Positions 1-7,530 of a stretch of DNA of 64,000 bases are shown here, in pieces; position 1 is the stretch's first letter; every line of letters begins with the position of its first letter. Under the pieces are notes generated by a model. That model did not search any database. It saw nothing but the letters and a program-made list of their open reading frames with translations, and was not told the origin of the DNA. A program made the translations under genes and the position numbers. The DNA is from an uncultured Eggerthella sp. (lineage in GTDB: Bacteria; Actinomycetota; Coriobacteriia; Coriobacteriales; Eggerthellaceae), in assembly GCA_959607715.1 (NCBI GenBank), contig CAUHNN010000008.1, positions 18,033-82,032 on the forward strand, read 5' to 3'.

Positions 1-1
1 T

Positions 2-1663
2 CCTCAGTGGCCCGCTTGCCTCGACAAGAACCGCCCGATCATCGAGCAGGTCTGCGAGAAAGATGCCCTGCTCTCTTACCCATACGAAAGCATGGATCCC
101 TTCATCTCCCTGTTGCGCGAGGCATCGGTCGATCCAAGCGTCATCTCCATCAAGATCACGCTCTATCGCCTGGCAAGCCAGTCGCATCTCGCCGAAGCGC
201 TCGTCAACGCAGCCGAGAACGGCAAGGAAGTCACCGCCCTCTTCGAGCTGCGCGCACGCTTCGACGAGTCGAACAACATCGAATGGTCGCAGCGCTTCGA
301 GGAAGCGGGCGCCAACGTGATCTACGGCTTCCACGACTTCAAGGTTCACTCGAAGATCTGCACCATCACCCGCCACACCAACAAGGGGCTGCAACACATC
401 ACCCAGCTCGGAACGGGCAACTACAACGAGAAGACCTCGAAACTCTACACCGACTTCTCCTACATCACCACCGATGAGGGCATCGGAAAAGACGCAGCCG
501 AGTTTTTCCGCAACATGAGCCTGGAAAACGCCTCCGACAGCTACCGGAAGCTGTCGGTTGCGCCGCTGCAAATCAAACCTATGATCCTAAAGAAGATTGA
601 CGAGCAGATCGCACTTGCGAAGGCGGGCAAGCCGTGTGGCCTTCTTTTCAAGACGAACTCGGTGACGGACAAGGACATCATCGACAAGATCGCGAAAGCA
701 TCCCAGGCGGGGGTCAAAACGACGCTATTCGTTCGCGGAATCTCCTGCATCGTCCCCGGCGTCGAAGGCTACACCGACAACGTCGAGGTCGTCTCGATCG
801 TCGGGCGTCTCCTCGAGCACAGCCGCATCTACGCGTTCGGCGATCGCGCATCGCGCGAAATATACCTGTCGAGCGCCGACCTCATGACGCGCAACATGGA
901 AAAGCGCGTCGAGATCACCTGGCCCATCCAGGACGAAGCGCTCAAGGCTCAGATCAACGACTACCTCGATATCTCGCTTTCCGACACGGCGAAGCTCCGC
1001 ATGCTGAAAAACGACCTCAACTTCACGCCTCTCGGCTATTTCGCCGCACGCAACGAAGAGGGTGCACCCGAAGAATTCAATTCCCAGGACTACCTCATCA
1101 AGAAAGCCCACGCAGATTACGAGCTGTCGGTTGCCCAGCGTGAAGAACAGGCCGCTCAGCGCAGCGCGACGGCTCGCGCCCAACGCGTACGCGACCGCGA
1201 GATCCTCGCAGCCCAAGCGCGCGAGGCGGAGCAGGAGCAGGAAAACGCCTACCTCCCGACCGAACCTGGGCCCCAAACCTCGGCCGATGAGCCCGAGGTC
1301 GAGGCCGCGTCGGAAGAAAATGCCGCACCCGTTGCCGATGTCTCCACCGAGCCCGAAGCCCTGCATGGCGACGAAGCGGAAGCCGAACCCGAGACCCCCG
1401 TTTCCATCAGCACCGACGACAAGCGAACGGAAGCCGTCGAGCATCCCTTCATCGGCATAGAAGAAATCGAACCGGGCGTTGCAGGGCCGATCGCGGCCGA
1501 CAAACCCGCTGCAGCAGCCCCCGAGATGGAGCCTATCGTTGCTCCAGCGGAGGTCCTGCCCGTAAGCGAAGCGACGTCGAGCTCCAGCGACGCCATTCAA
1601 CTCGTCCCGAAGAAGCCGAGCTTCTGGCAGCGACTGAAGTTCCTCTTCACCGGGAAACTGTAG
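2..1663 (+). CDS. ppk: Polyphosphate kinase 1 (PPK1), 5' partial because it runs off the window start. It carries a roughly 200-aa acidic, Ala/Pro/Glu-rich C-terminal extension.
   Basis: The frame of ORF 92..1663 stays open back to nt 2 (…KDALLSYPYESMDPF…). PPK PLD-like C-terminal domain motifs are present: FKVHSKICTITRHT…LGTGNYNEKTSKLYTDFSYITTDE and a second HxK-like motif LLEHSRIYAFGD. The tail from about EEGAPEEF onward is low complexity and ends in the amphipathic segment KKPSFWQRLKFLFTGKL. Confidence 0.85.
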   Translation, partial: PQWPACLDKNRPIIEQVCEKDALLSYPYESMDPFISLLREASVDPSVISIKITLYRLASQSHLAEALVNAAENGKEVTALFELRARFDESNNIEWSQRFEEAGANVIYGFHDFKVHSKICTITRHTNKGLQHITQLGTGNYNEKTSKLYTDFSYITTDEGIGKDAAEFFRNMSLENASDSYRKLSVAPLQIKPMILKKIDEQIALAKAGKPCGLLFKTNSVTDKDIIDKIAKASQAGVKTTLFVRGISCIVPGVEGYTDNVEVVSIVGRLLEHSRIYAFGDRASREIYLSSADLMTRNMEKRVEITWPIQDEALKAQINDYLDISLSDTAKLRMLKNDLNFTPLGYFAARNEEGAPEEFNSQDYLIKKAHADYELSVAQREEQAAQRSATARAQRVRDREILAAQAREAEQEQENAYLPTEPGPQTSADEPEVEAASEENAAPVADVSTEPEALHGDEAEAEPETPVSISTDDKRTEAVEHPFIGIEEIEPGVAGPIAADKPAAAAPEMEPIVAPAEVLPVSEATSSSSDAIQLVPKKPSFWQRLKFLFTGKL

Positions 1664-1687
1664 GCCCAGACCGCCTTATATCGCCAA

Positions 1688-1720
1688 CAAAAAGCCATCC
1701 CGCAAGGGATGGCTTTTTTC
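1688..1720. terminator. Bidirectional rho-independent terminator between the convergent ppk (+) and DEAD-box helicase (-) genes
   Basis: Hairpin aaagccatccc-gcaa-gggatggcttt with a T-run (tttttt) on the plus strand and an A-run on the other side, which gives a T-run on the minus strand. Confidence 0.6.
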
Positions 1721-1744
1721 ATTGACACTATCAGGCAACCGCGA

Positions 1745-3412
1745 TCAACGGCGCGAAGCCTTGGCTCCCTTGGACTTCCCGGAACCGCGACGGACAGCAG
1801 AGCCCTTCGGCGCACCTTGGCGAGAAGAAGAACCCGATCGACCCTTCTTCGTGCGAGCAGCGCCCTGATCGCTCGCCTTCGCCCCCGAACGAAGCCCAGA
1901 GGACTTAACGCCCGGACGAAGCGCGCCAGGACGAGCCGCCGGCTTCTTGGCCACATCCTGCTTCTTAGTCGGCTTTCGATGGGGCACGCTCGAGCGTTTC
2001 CTCGAACCGCCCTTGCCCTTACGTGAATCCTCGGAAGCGCTATCTGCCGCCTCAACGACCGAAGCGCGATCGCTGCGCGCAGCAGCGGGCTTCTCGGAAA
2101 CGGAAGAGGAAACAGCGGCCTTCTTCGATCGACGACGCTTTTTCTTGGCCTTCTTTCCGGGAACGCGGGCAGCGGGCTCACGATCGGGATCGATCTCCAC
2201 GGGGTGCTCACCGCAATCGAGACCCTCGGCATCGAAGAGGTCAACTGCCTTGCCCATCAACGCCTCGATGTCGAAGAATTCATCGCGATCCTGCTCGGTT
2301 ACGAACGTAAGCGACCAACCGACATCACCCCCGCGACCGGTGCGGCCGATGCGATGGATGTAGTCGACGGGGTCCTTGGGAACATCGAAATTGATAACGT
2401 AGCTCACATCCGCAATATCGATGCCACGCGACAGGACGTCGGTCGCAACGAGAACGTCGCAATTCCCTTCCCGAAATGCCCTCAACGCGCGCTCACGCTG
2501 AGCTTGGCTTCGGTCGCCGTGAATCACGCCGCAGGAAAAGCCTGCACGAACCAAACGACGACGGCATGCATCGGCACGATGCTTGGTGCGCGCGAAGACG
2601 ATGACGCGCTTTGCCCCCGACTTCTTCAGTACCGAAGCAAGCAGCGCATTCTTCGCCTCGAGGGAGACCGGAAGAACGAACTGATCGACGGTATCGGCCG
2701 TGGAAGTGGCGGGAGCGATCTCCACGCGCGCAGGATCATGCACCAAATCGAAGATGGAGCCCACCTGCTTTTCATCGAGCGTCGCAGAGAAGAGAAGAGT
2801 CTGGCGCTCCTTATTCGTTGCGTCGACGATAGTGCGAATCGCAGGCAAGAATCCCATGTCCAGCATACGATCGGCTTCGTCGAGCACGAGAACCTGAACC
2901 TGATCGAGCGAGCAAGCGCCCTGCTCCATGAGGTCGATCAAGCGACCGGGGGTCGCGATGAGAACGTCGCAACCGCGCTTCAGCGCATTGCGCTGAGGAT
3001 TGTAGCTCACACCACCGACGACAGTGACGGAACTGTGATGAGTGCGTTTGGCGATCGCATGGCACACTTCCTCGATCTGCTGAGCCAATTCACGCGTCGG
3101 CGTGACGACGAGCATAAGAGGACCGCAGCCAACTGAGCGGCTGCGCCCACGCGAACGCTCAACGTGGCCCAAATCACTCATCGTAGGCAAAAGGAACGCT
3201 GCCGTCTTGCCGGTGCCGGTCTGCGCGGCAGCAAGGACGTCGCGTCCTGCAAGAACCTCAGGAATGGCCGCAGCCTGCACAGGAGTAGGCTCAGCGTATC
3301 CCATATCCGACACGGCCTCGAGGACTTCAAGAGAAAGACCCAACGCCTCGAAGGAAGGGGCTTGCTTCTCGGGAGAAACGTCAGCTGCCGACGAAAAAAC
3401 TTCACTAGTCAT
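1745..3412 (-). CDS. DEAD-box ATP-dependent RNA helicase with a long basic Lys/Arg/Ser/Gly-rich C-terminal tail
   Basis: Helicase motifs: Q-motif region PTPVQAAAIP, Walker A AQTGTGKTAAF, PTRELA, DEAD box (LVLDEADRMLDMGF), SAT (LFSAT) and HRIGRTGRGG. The C-terminal tail of about 170 aa is KKAKKKRRRSKK…SGKSKGAKASRR. Confidence 0.9.
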   Translation of the reverse strand: MTSEVFSSAADVSPEKQAPSFEALGLSLEVLEAVSDMGYAEPTPVQAAAIPEVLAGRDVLAAAQTGTGKTAAFLLPTMSDLGHVERSRGRSRSVGCGPLMLVVTPTRELAQQIEEVCHAIAKRTHHSSVTVVGGVSYNPQRNALKRGCDVLIATPGRLIDLMEQGACSLDQVQVLVLDEADRMLDMGFLPAIRTIVDATNKERQTLLFSATLDEKQVGSIFDLVHDPARVEIAPATSTADTVDQFVLPVSLEAKNALLASVLKKSGAKRVIVFARTKHRADACRRRLVRAGFSCGVIHGDRSQAQRERALRAFREGNCDVLVATDVLSRGIDIADVSYVINFDVPKDPVDYIHRIGRTGRGGDVGWSLTFVTEQDRDEFFDIEALMGKAVDLFDAEGLDCGEHPVEIDPDREPAARVPGKKAKKKRRRSKKAAVSSSVSEKPAAARSDRASVVEAADSASEDSRKGKGGSRKRSSVPHRKPTKKQDVAKKPAARPGALRPGVKSSGLRSGAKASDQGAARTKKGRSGSSSRQGAPKGSAVRRGSGKSKGAKASRR

Positions 3413-3540
3413 AAATCACAAATCCATTCTGATACCGCTTCCAATGAAAGAAGGGCACACAAAAAAATCCCCGCTCGAAAGCAGGGTCCAAAGCAGTTTT
3501 TTTAGAATATCGCAGTTTAGGCGAAGCTCTAGCGACAGAA

Positions 3541-3580
3541 AGAAAAAAACAAGCGGGAGAACGTCTTCCCCCGCTTGTTT
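3541..3580 (-). terminator. Rho-independent terminator downstream of asd (lysC-asd unit)
   Basis: The minus strand reads aaacaagcggg…cccgcttgttt as an 11-bp stem, followed by ttttttt (the plus strand has aaaaaaa at 3542-3548). Confidence 0.55.
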
Positions 3581-3603
3581 TCCCTTGAGTTTGCGCCCGA
3601 AAA

Positions 3604-4644
3604 CTACGGAAGCAGCAGTTGGGCGATCTGGACGGCATTGAGCGCCGCGCCCTTGCGGATCTGATCGGCCACGTTCCAGAACGCGATGCCATGCTCGACG
3701 GAAGGATCCTTGCGCAAACGGCCAACATAGGCGCCGTTCGTGCCCGCAAGGAGACCCGGCATGGGATAAACGTTGTTGGCGATGTCGTCCATAACCGTGA
3801 TGCCCGGCGCCGACTCAAGGGCAGCACGAGCCTCTTCGACGCTCACTTCCCCTTCGAATTCCACGTTGATGGACTCACCGTGGCAGCGAAGAACGGGAAC
3901 GCGTACGCACGTAGCGGCAACCTGGATATTCTCGTCTCCCATGATCTTCTTCGTCTCGACGACCATCTTCCATTCCTCCTTGGTAGAAGCATCGTCGAGG
4001 AAAACGTCAATATGGGGAATGCAGTTGAAAGCGATCTGGTGAGCGAAAGCATCGATGGTAAGCTCTTCCCCATCGAGGAACTGACGCGTCTGGGAATACA
4101 GCTCATCCATGGCCTTGGCGCCAGCGCCCGAAGCCGCCTGATACGTCGAAACCACGACGCGAGTGATGCGAGAAAGGTCGTAGAGGGGCTTCAAAGCAGC
4201 GACCATCTGGGTAGTCGAGCAGTTGGGGTTCGCGATGACGCCGTTATGCCACGAGATGTCCTGAGGATTCACCTCGGGGACGATCAGGGGAACGTCTTCG
4301 TCCATGCGAAACGCGCTGGAGTTATCGACCATGATCGCGCCGGCGGCAACCACCGCTTCGCGCATCTTCTTGGAAACGCCGGCACCGGCGCTGAATAGCG
4401 CGATATCGACGCCCTCGAAGGATTCGGGGGTCATTTCCTGAACGACGAGCTCGCCTGCAGGAACCTCGCCGCAGCCCTTGAAGGGGAGCTTCTTGCCCGC
4501 AGAGCGCGCAGAGGCGAGCGCGCGAACCTCACGTGCAGGGAAATCAAGGTCGTGAAGAACCTCGAGAAACTCATGACCCACAGCACCGGTAGCACCGGCA
4601 ACGGCGATCACGGGATGTGCAGGAATCTCTTTTGACCACGTCAT
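3604..4644 (-). CDS. asd: Aspartate-semialdehyde dehydrogenase
   Basis: N-terminal NAD(P)-binding motif VIAVAGATGAVG and an Asd-family sequence throughout. It sits immediately downstream of lysC, the classic lysC-asd pair. SD AAGGAGC lies upstream of the ATG at 4644. Confidence 0.9.
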   Translation of the reverse strand: MTWSKEIPAHPVIAVAGATGAVGHEFLEVLHDLDFPAREVRALASARSAGKKLPFKGCGEVPAGELVVQEMTPESFEGVDIALFSAGAGVSKKMREAVVAAGAIMVDNSSAFRMDEDVPLIVPEVNPQDISWHNGVIANPNCSTTQMVAALKPLYDLSRITRVVVSTYQAASGAGAKAMDELYSQTRQFLDGEELTIDAFAHQIAFNCIPHIDVFLDDASTKEEWKMVVETKKIMGDENIQVAATCVRVPVLRCHGESINVEFEGEVSVEEARAALESAPGITVMDDIANNVYPMPGLLAGTNGAYVGRLRKDPSVEHGIAFWNVADQIRKGAALNAVQIAQLLLP

Positions 4645-4759
4645 GAAAGCTCCTTATCGTCTTGTCGTATCGATGCACTCCATCCTAATACAGCGGACGG
4701 CGGCTCGGCCCTGTGCATCAACGAAAAAGGCCGTCGTTTTCGATGAGCGGGAAAGGAGG

Positions 4760-6040
4760 CTAGCGACCCTTCGCCATCTTCGCGGCGATTTCCTCGGGGG
4801 AAAGCTGCGTTTCCTCGAAGATGCTGTCGGAATCGAGCCCGAAGGCGGTATGGAGACAGCGAACCGCCGCTTCCACCTGGCTCTTCTCGACCACAACGGA
4901 AATGCGGATGGGGCTCGTCGAGATCATCAGGATGTTGATGTGGTTATCGGCCAAGGCCGTGAACGCACGGGCGGCGACTCCCGGGCTCGACTTCATCCCC
5001 GTACCGACGATCGAGACTTTGGCGATGTTCTCGTCGACGAGGATCTTGTCAACGCCGAAGCGCTCCTTCACCAGCTCAACGGCCTTGATAGCCTGATCCT
5101 TTTGGGATCCGGGGAACGTGAAGGAGATGTTAGCCTTGCCGTCGGTGGTGATGTTCTGGATGATCATGTCGACGGAAACGGAGTTGCCCGCCAAAACGGA
5201 GAAGAGCTGCGCGGCCATGCCAAGCTCGTCAGGCAGACCGCGAAGGGTGATCCTGATCTCCGACGTGTCGTGTGCGATACCGGAAATGACTGCCTGCTCC
5301 ATGGAAGGAACGACCTCCTTGACAAGAGTGCCCTCTGCGTCCGAAAACGCAGAACGGGAATGAATGACCACGTTGTACTTGCGACCGAACTCGACGGCGC
5401 GAGACTGGAGAACGCCTGCGCCACCGCCGGAAAGCTCGAGCATATCGTCGTAGGAAATAGTGTCGAGTTTGCGTGCACGCGGACAGATTCGGGGATCCGC
5501 AGTGTAAATGCCCTCGACATCGGAATAGATCTCGCAAACATCGGCGCCGATGCCGCATGCCAAGGCGACGGCCGTCGTGTCGGAGCCGCCACGACCCAAG
5601 GTAGTGATGTCCCCATCCTCGGAAATGCCCTGGAAACCGGCAACGACGACGATCGAACCGGATTCGAGGGCCTCTCGGATACGATCCGCCTTGATACCTT
5701 CGATCTTCGCGCTAGAGAAAACGTCATCGGTGGTGATGCCCGCTTGCCAGCCCGTAAAGCTCACGGCGCTGTAGCCCATCGCCTGGATAGCCATCGCGAG
5801 AAGGGACATGCTCACCTGTTCACCCGTGGAAAGAAGCATATCCATCTCACGTTTGGTTGGATGCTCGTTGAGAGCAGCCGCCAATCCGACCAGCTCGTCG
5901 GTGGTCTTGCCCATCGCAGAAACGACGGCAACGACATCGTTGCCTTCCTGCTTCATCGCGATAAGGCGCTTAGCGACGTTTTTGATTCGTTCCGGCGACG
6001 CGACCGATGTGCCGCCGAACTTAGAGACAATTAAAGCCAT
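4760..6040 (-). CDS. lysC: Aspartate kinase
   Basis: Start placed at the internal ATG giving MALIVSKFGGTSV (canonical Asp kinase N-terminus). The track ORF extends to 6163, but that upstream part is a GC-driven open frame. C-terminal ACT-like repeats are present. Confidence 0.85.
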   Translation of the reverse strand: MALIVSKFGGTSVASPERIKNVAKRLIAMKQEGNDVVAVVSAMGKTTDELVGLAAALNEHPTKREMDMLLSTGEQVSMSLLAMAIQAMGYSAVSFTGWQAGITTDDVFSSAKIEGIKADRIREALESGSIVVVAGFQGISEDGDITTLGRGGSDTTAVALACGIGADVCEIYSDVEGIYTADPRICPRARKLDTISYDDMLELSGGGAGVLQSRAVEFGRKYNVVIHSRSAFSDAEGTLVKEVVPSMEQAVISGIAHDTSEIRITLRGLPDELGMAAQLFSVLAGNSVSVDMIIQNITTDGKANISFTFPGSQKDQAIKAVELVKERFGVDKILVDENIAKVSIVGTGMKSSPGVAARAFTALADNHINILMISTSPIRISVVVEKSQVEAAVRCLHTAFGLDSDSIFEETQLSPEEIAAKMAKGR

Positions 6041-6111
6041 CGTCTTCTTTCTCGCTATGGAACAACTCGTCCATCTTAGCAAAACCCCGCCTGAGTAAGA
6101 CGGGGCTTTCG

Positions 6112-6768
6112 TTAAGCGTATTTGACCATCACGGCGCTCATCTGATCGGCAACGGCCTCGCACTGATCAACGCAATCCTCCATCGCGTTGAAGAGAGCCG
6201 TCCAGACCATAACGCGCACGGGATTCTCGCGCTCGACGGTATAGAGGGACCTGATGACGCTCATATGGAGCCGATCGGCTTCGTCCTCGAGGTCGTTCAC
6301 GCGCACGACAAGCGACTGGAACTTGCTCGATTTCTTGCAATTGCGGAAATCGGCCATCGCCTCGGAAAGAGCCTCGCACGATTTCACGATTAGCTTTACG
6401 AACGGCTCGACGTCTTTGTGCATGAAGTGGATGTCGTAGATGTAGAAACCCTGAATGATCTCCTCGATCTTGTCGACGATCTCATCGAGGCTCTCGGCCA
6501 TGGCGATGATGTCCTCACGATCGATCGGCGTAACGAAATCGGGCATAAGCGCATCGAAAACGTTGTGGCACACGGTGTCGGCTTCACGCTCGAGGGCATG
6601 GGCCCCCTTGAGATGATCCTCGAGATCTTCCGCCTTCGTGAAGGACTTGACCACCTGCTCGAGCATCTTGGCCTCTTTAACCGCAAGGGCCGTCTGCATC
6701 TCGAACGCATCGTAATAATCGAACTTGCGCTTTTTCTTTTTCTTGACTTTCTTCACGATGTCAGACAT
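6112..6768 (-). CDS. DUF47 family protein (PhoU-like, putative phosphate transport regulator; TIGR00153-like)
   Basis: The 218-aa product has the N-terminal KKKKRKFDYYDAFE typical of DUF47 (FDYF…) and helical PhoU-like repeats. No pit transporter is adjacent. Confidence 0.7.
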   Translation of the reverse strand: MSDIVKKVKKKKKRKFDYYDAFEMQTALAVKEAKMLEQVVKSFTKAEDLEDHLKGAHALEREADTVCHNVFDALMPDFVTPIDREDIIAMAESLDEIVDKIEEIIQGFYIYDIHFMHKDVEPFVKLIVKSCEALSEAMADFRNCKKSSKFQSLVVRVNDLEDEADRLHMSVIRSLYTVERENPVRVMVWTALFNAMEDCVDQCEAVADQMSAVMVKYA

Positions 6769-6834
6769 CGGGTCCCCCCAACAATCATCACTTCCAGACG
6801 ACCTTGGTCCGCAAGGTCGATCATGGATCCTACG

Positions 6835-7530
6835 TTAACAGAAGTATGCGAACACACGGCGCTGCTCATCGGCGATAGTCGTGAGCGAGTTGTGGCCCGG
6901 CAAGACGAGCGTTTCGTCCGGCAAATGAGACAAACGACGCAGCGAAGCCCTCATGGCGCGATCGTCCCCGCCTTCGAAATCGGTACGACCGATCGATCCA
7001 CAGAAGAGCGTGTCGCCCGACACGAGGACATTGGCGCCCTCGATATGGGCTCCGTCTTCGGAGGAGAGAAAGAAGCACACGCTACCAGGAGTATGGCCGG
7101 GCGTCGAGATGACCTTCCATTTCATCGAGCCGATCGTGACGACGTCCTTATCCTTGACCTTCACATCGACCTTGCAGGGATCTGCAGGGGGATAGTCCCT
7201 GTCGAGATTCTCTATCTTGGGGGTATCGATGGCCGGCGCATAGACGGGAGCCCCCGTCTTCTCCTTGAGCGCGCGCAAGGCCCCCATGTGGTCGTTATGA
7301 TGATGGGTGACGAAGATCGCATCGACCTTTCGGTTCCCCACCAACGCCATGATGCGATCGACGTTGGCGGCTGGGTCGACCACGATCGTCGACGAGCCGT
7401 CCGAGACGACGAAGACGTTGTTCTCAACCGGCCCCAACACCGTGTAGTCCACGTCAACGCATGCGCCCGTCACGCTGTAACCCGCCTTCGAACGGTTCAC
7501 CTGAAGCTTCACGTTGCCCACCTTTCTCAC
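6835..7530 (-). CDS. MBL-fold metallo-hydrolase (glyoxalase II-like)
   Basis: HxHxDH motif (VTHHHNDHMGAL) plus downstream His/Asp ligands (…TPGHTPGS…). Its start overlaps the relA stop (ATGA at 7527-7530). Confidence 0.8.
   Translation of the reverse strand: MRKVGNVKLQVNRSKAGYSVTGACVDVDYTVLGPVENNVFVVSDGSSTIVVDPAANVDRIMALVGNRKVDAIFVTHHHNDHMGALRALKEKTGAPVYAPAIDTPKIENLDRDYPPADPCKVDVKVKDKDVVTIGSMKWKVISTPGHTPGSVCFFLSSEDGAHIEGANVLVSGDTLFCGSIGRTDFEGGDDRAMRASLRRLSHLPDETLVLPGHNSLTTIADEQRRVFAYFC

Noticed and set aside
7-477. ORFs 7..477 and 63..320 at the window start
   Set aside because: These are alternative frames overlapping the ppk coding frame (which carries clear PPK motifs). Their products are Arg/Pro/His-rich.
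4690-4740. Weak hairpin (cgaaaa…ttttcg) between lysC and asd
   Set aside because: It has a 6-bp AT-rich stem with a 9-nt loop and no clear U-tract. It is not convincing as an attenuator or terminator, and asd has its own SD and is probably co-transcribed.
6041-6111. Possible lysine riboswitch (L-box) upstream of lysC
   Set aside because: The intergenic space is only 71 nt and contains just a short hairpin that looks like the DUF47 gene terminator. That is too short for an L-box of about 180 nt, and no conserved L-box helices are visible.
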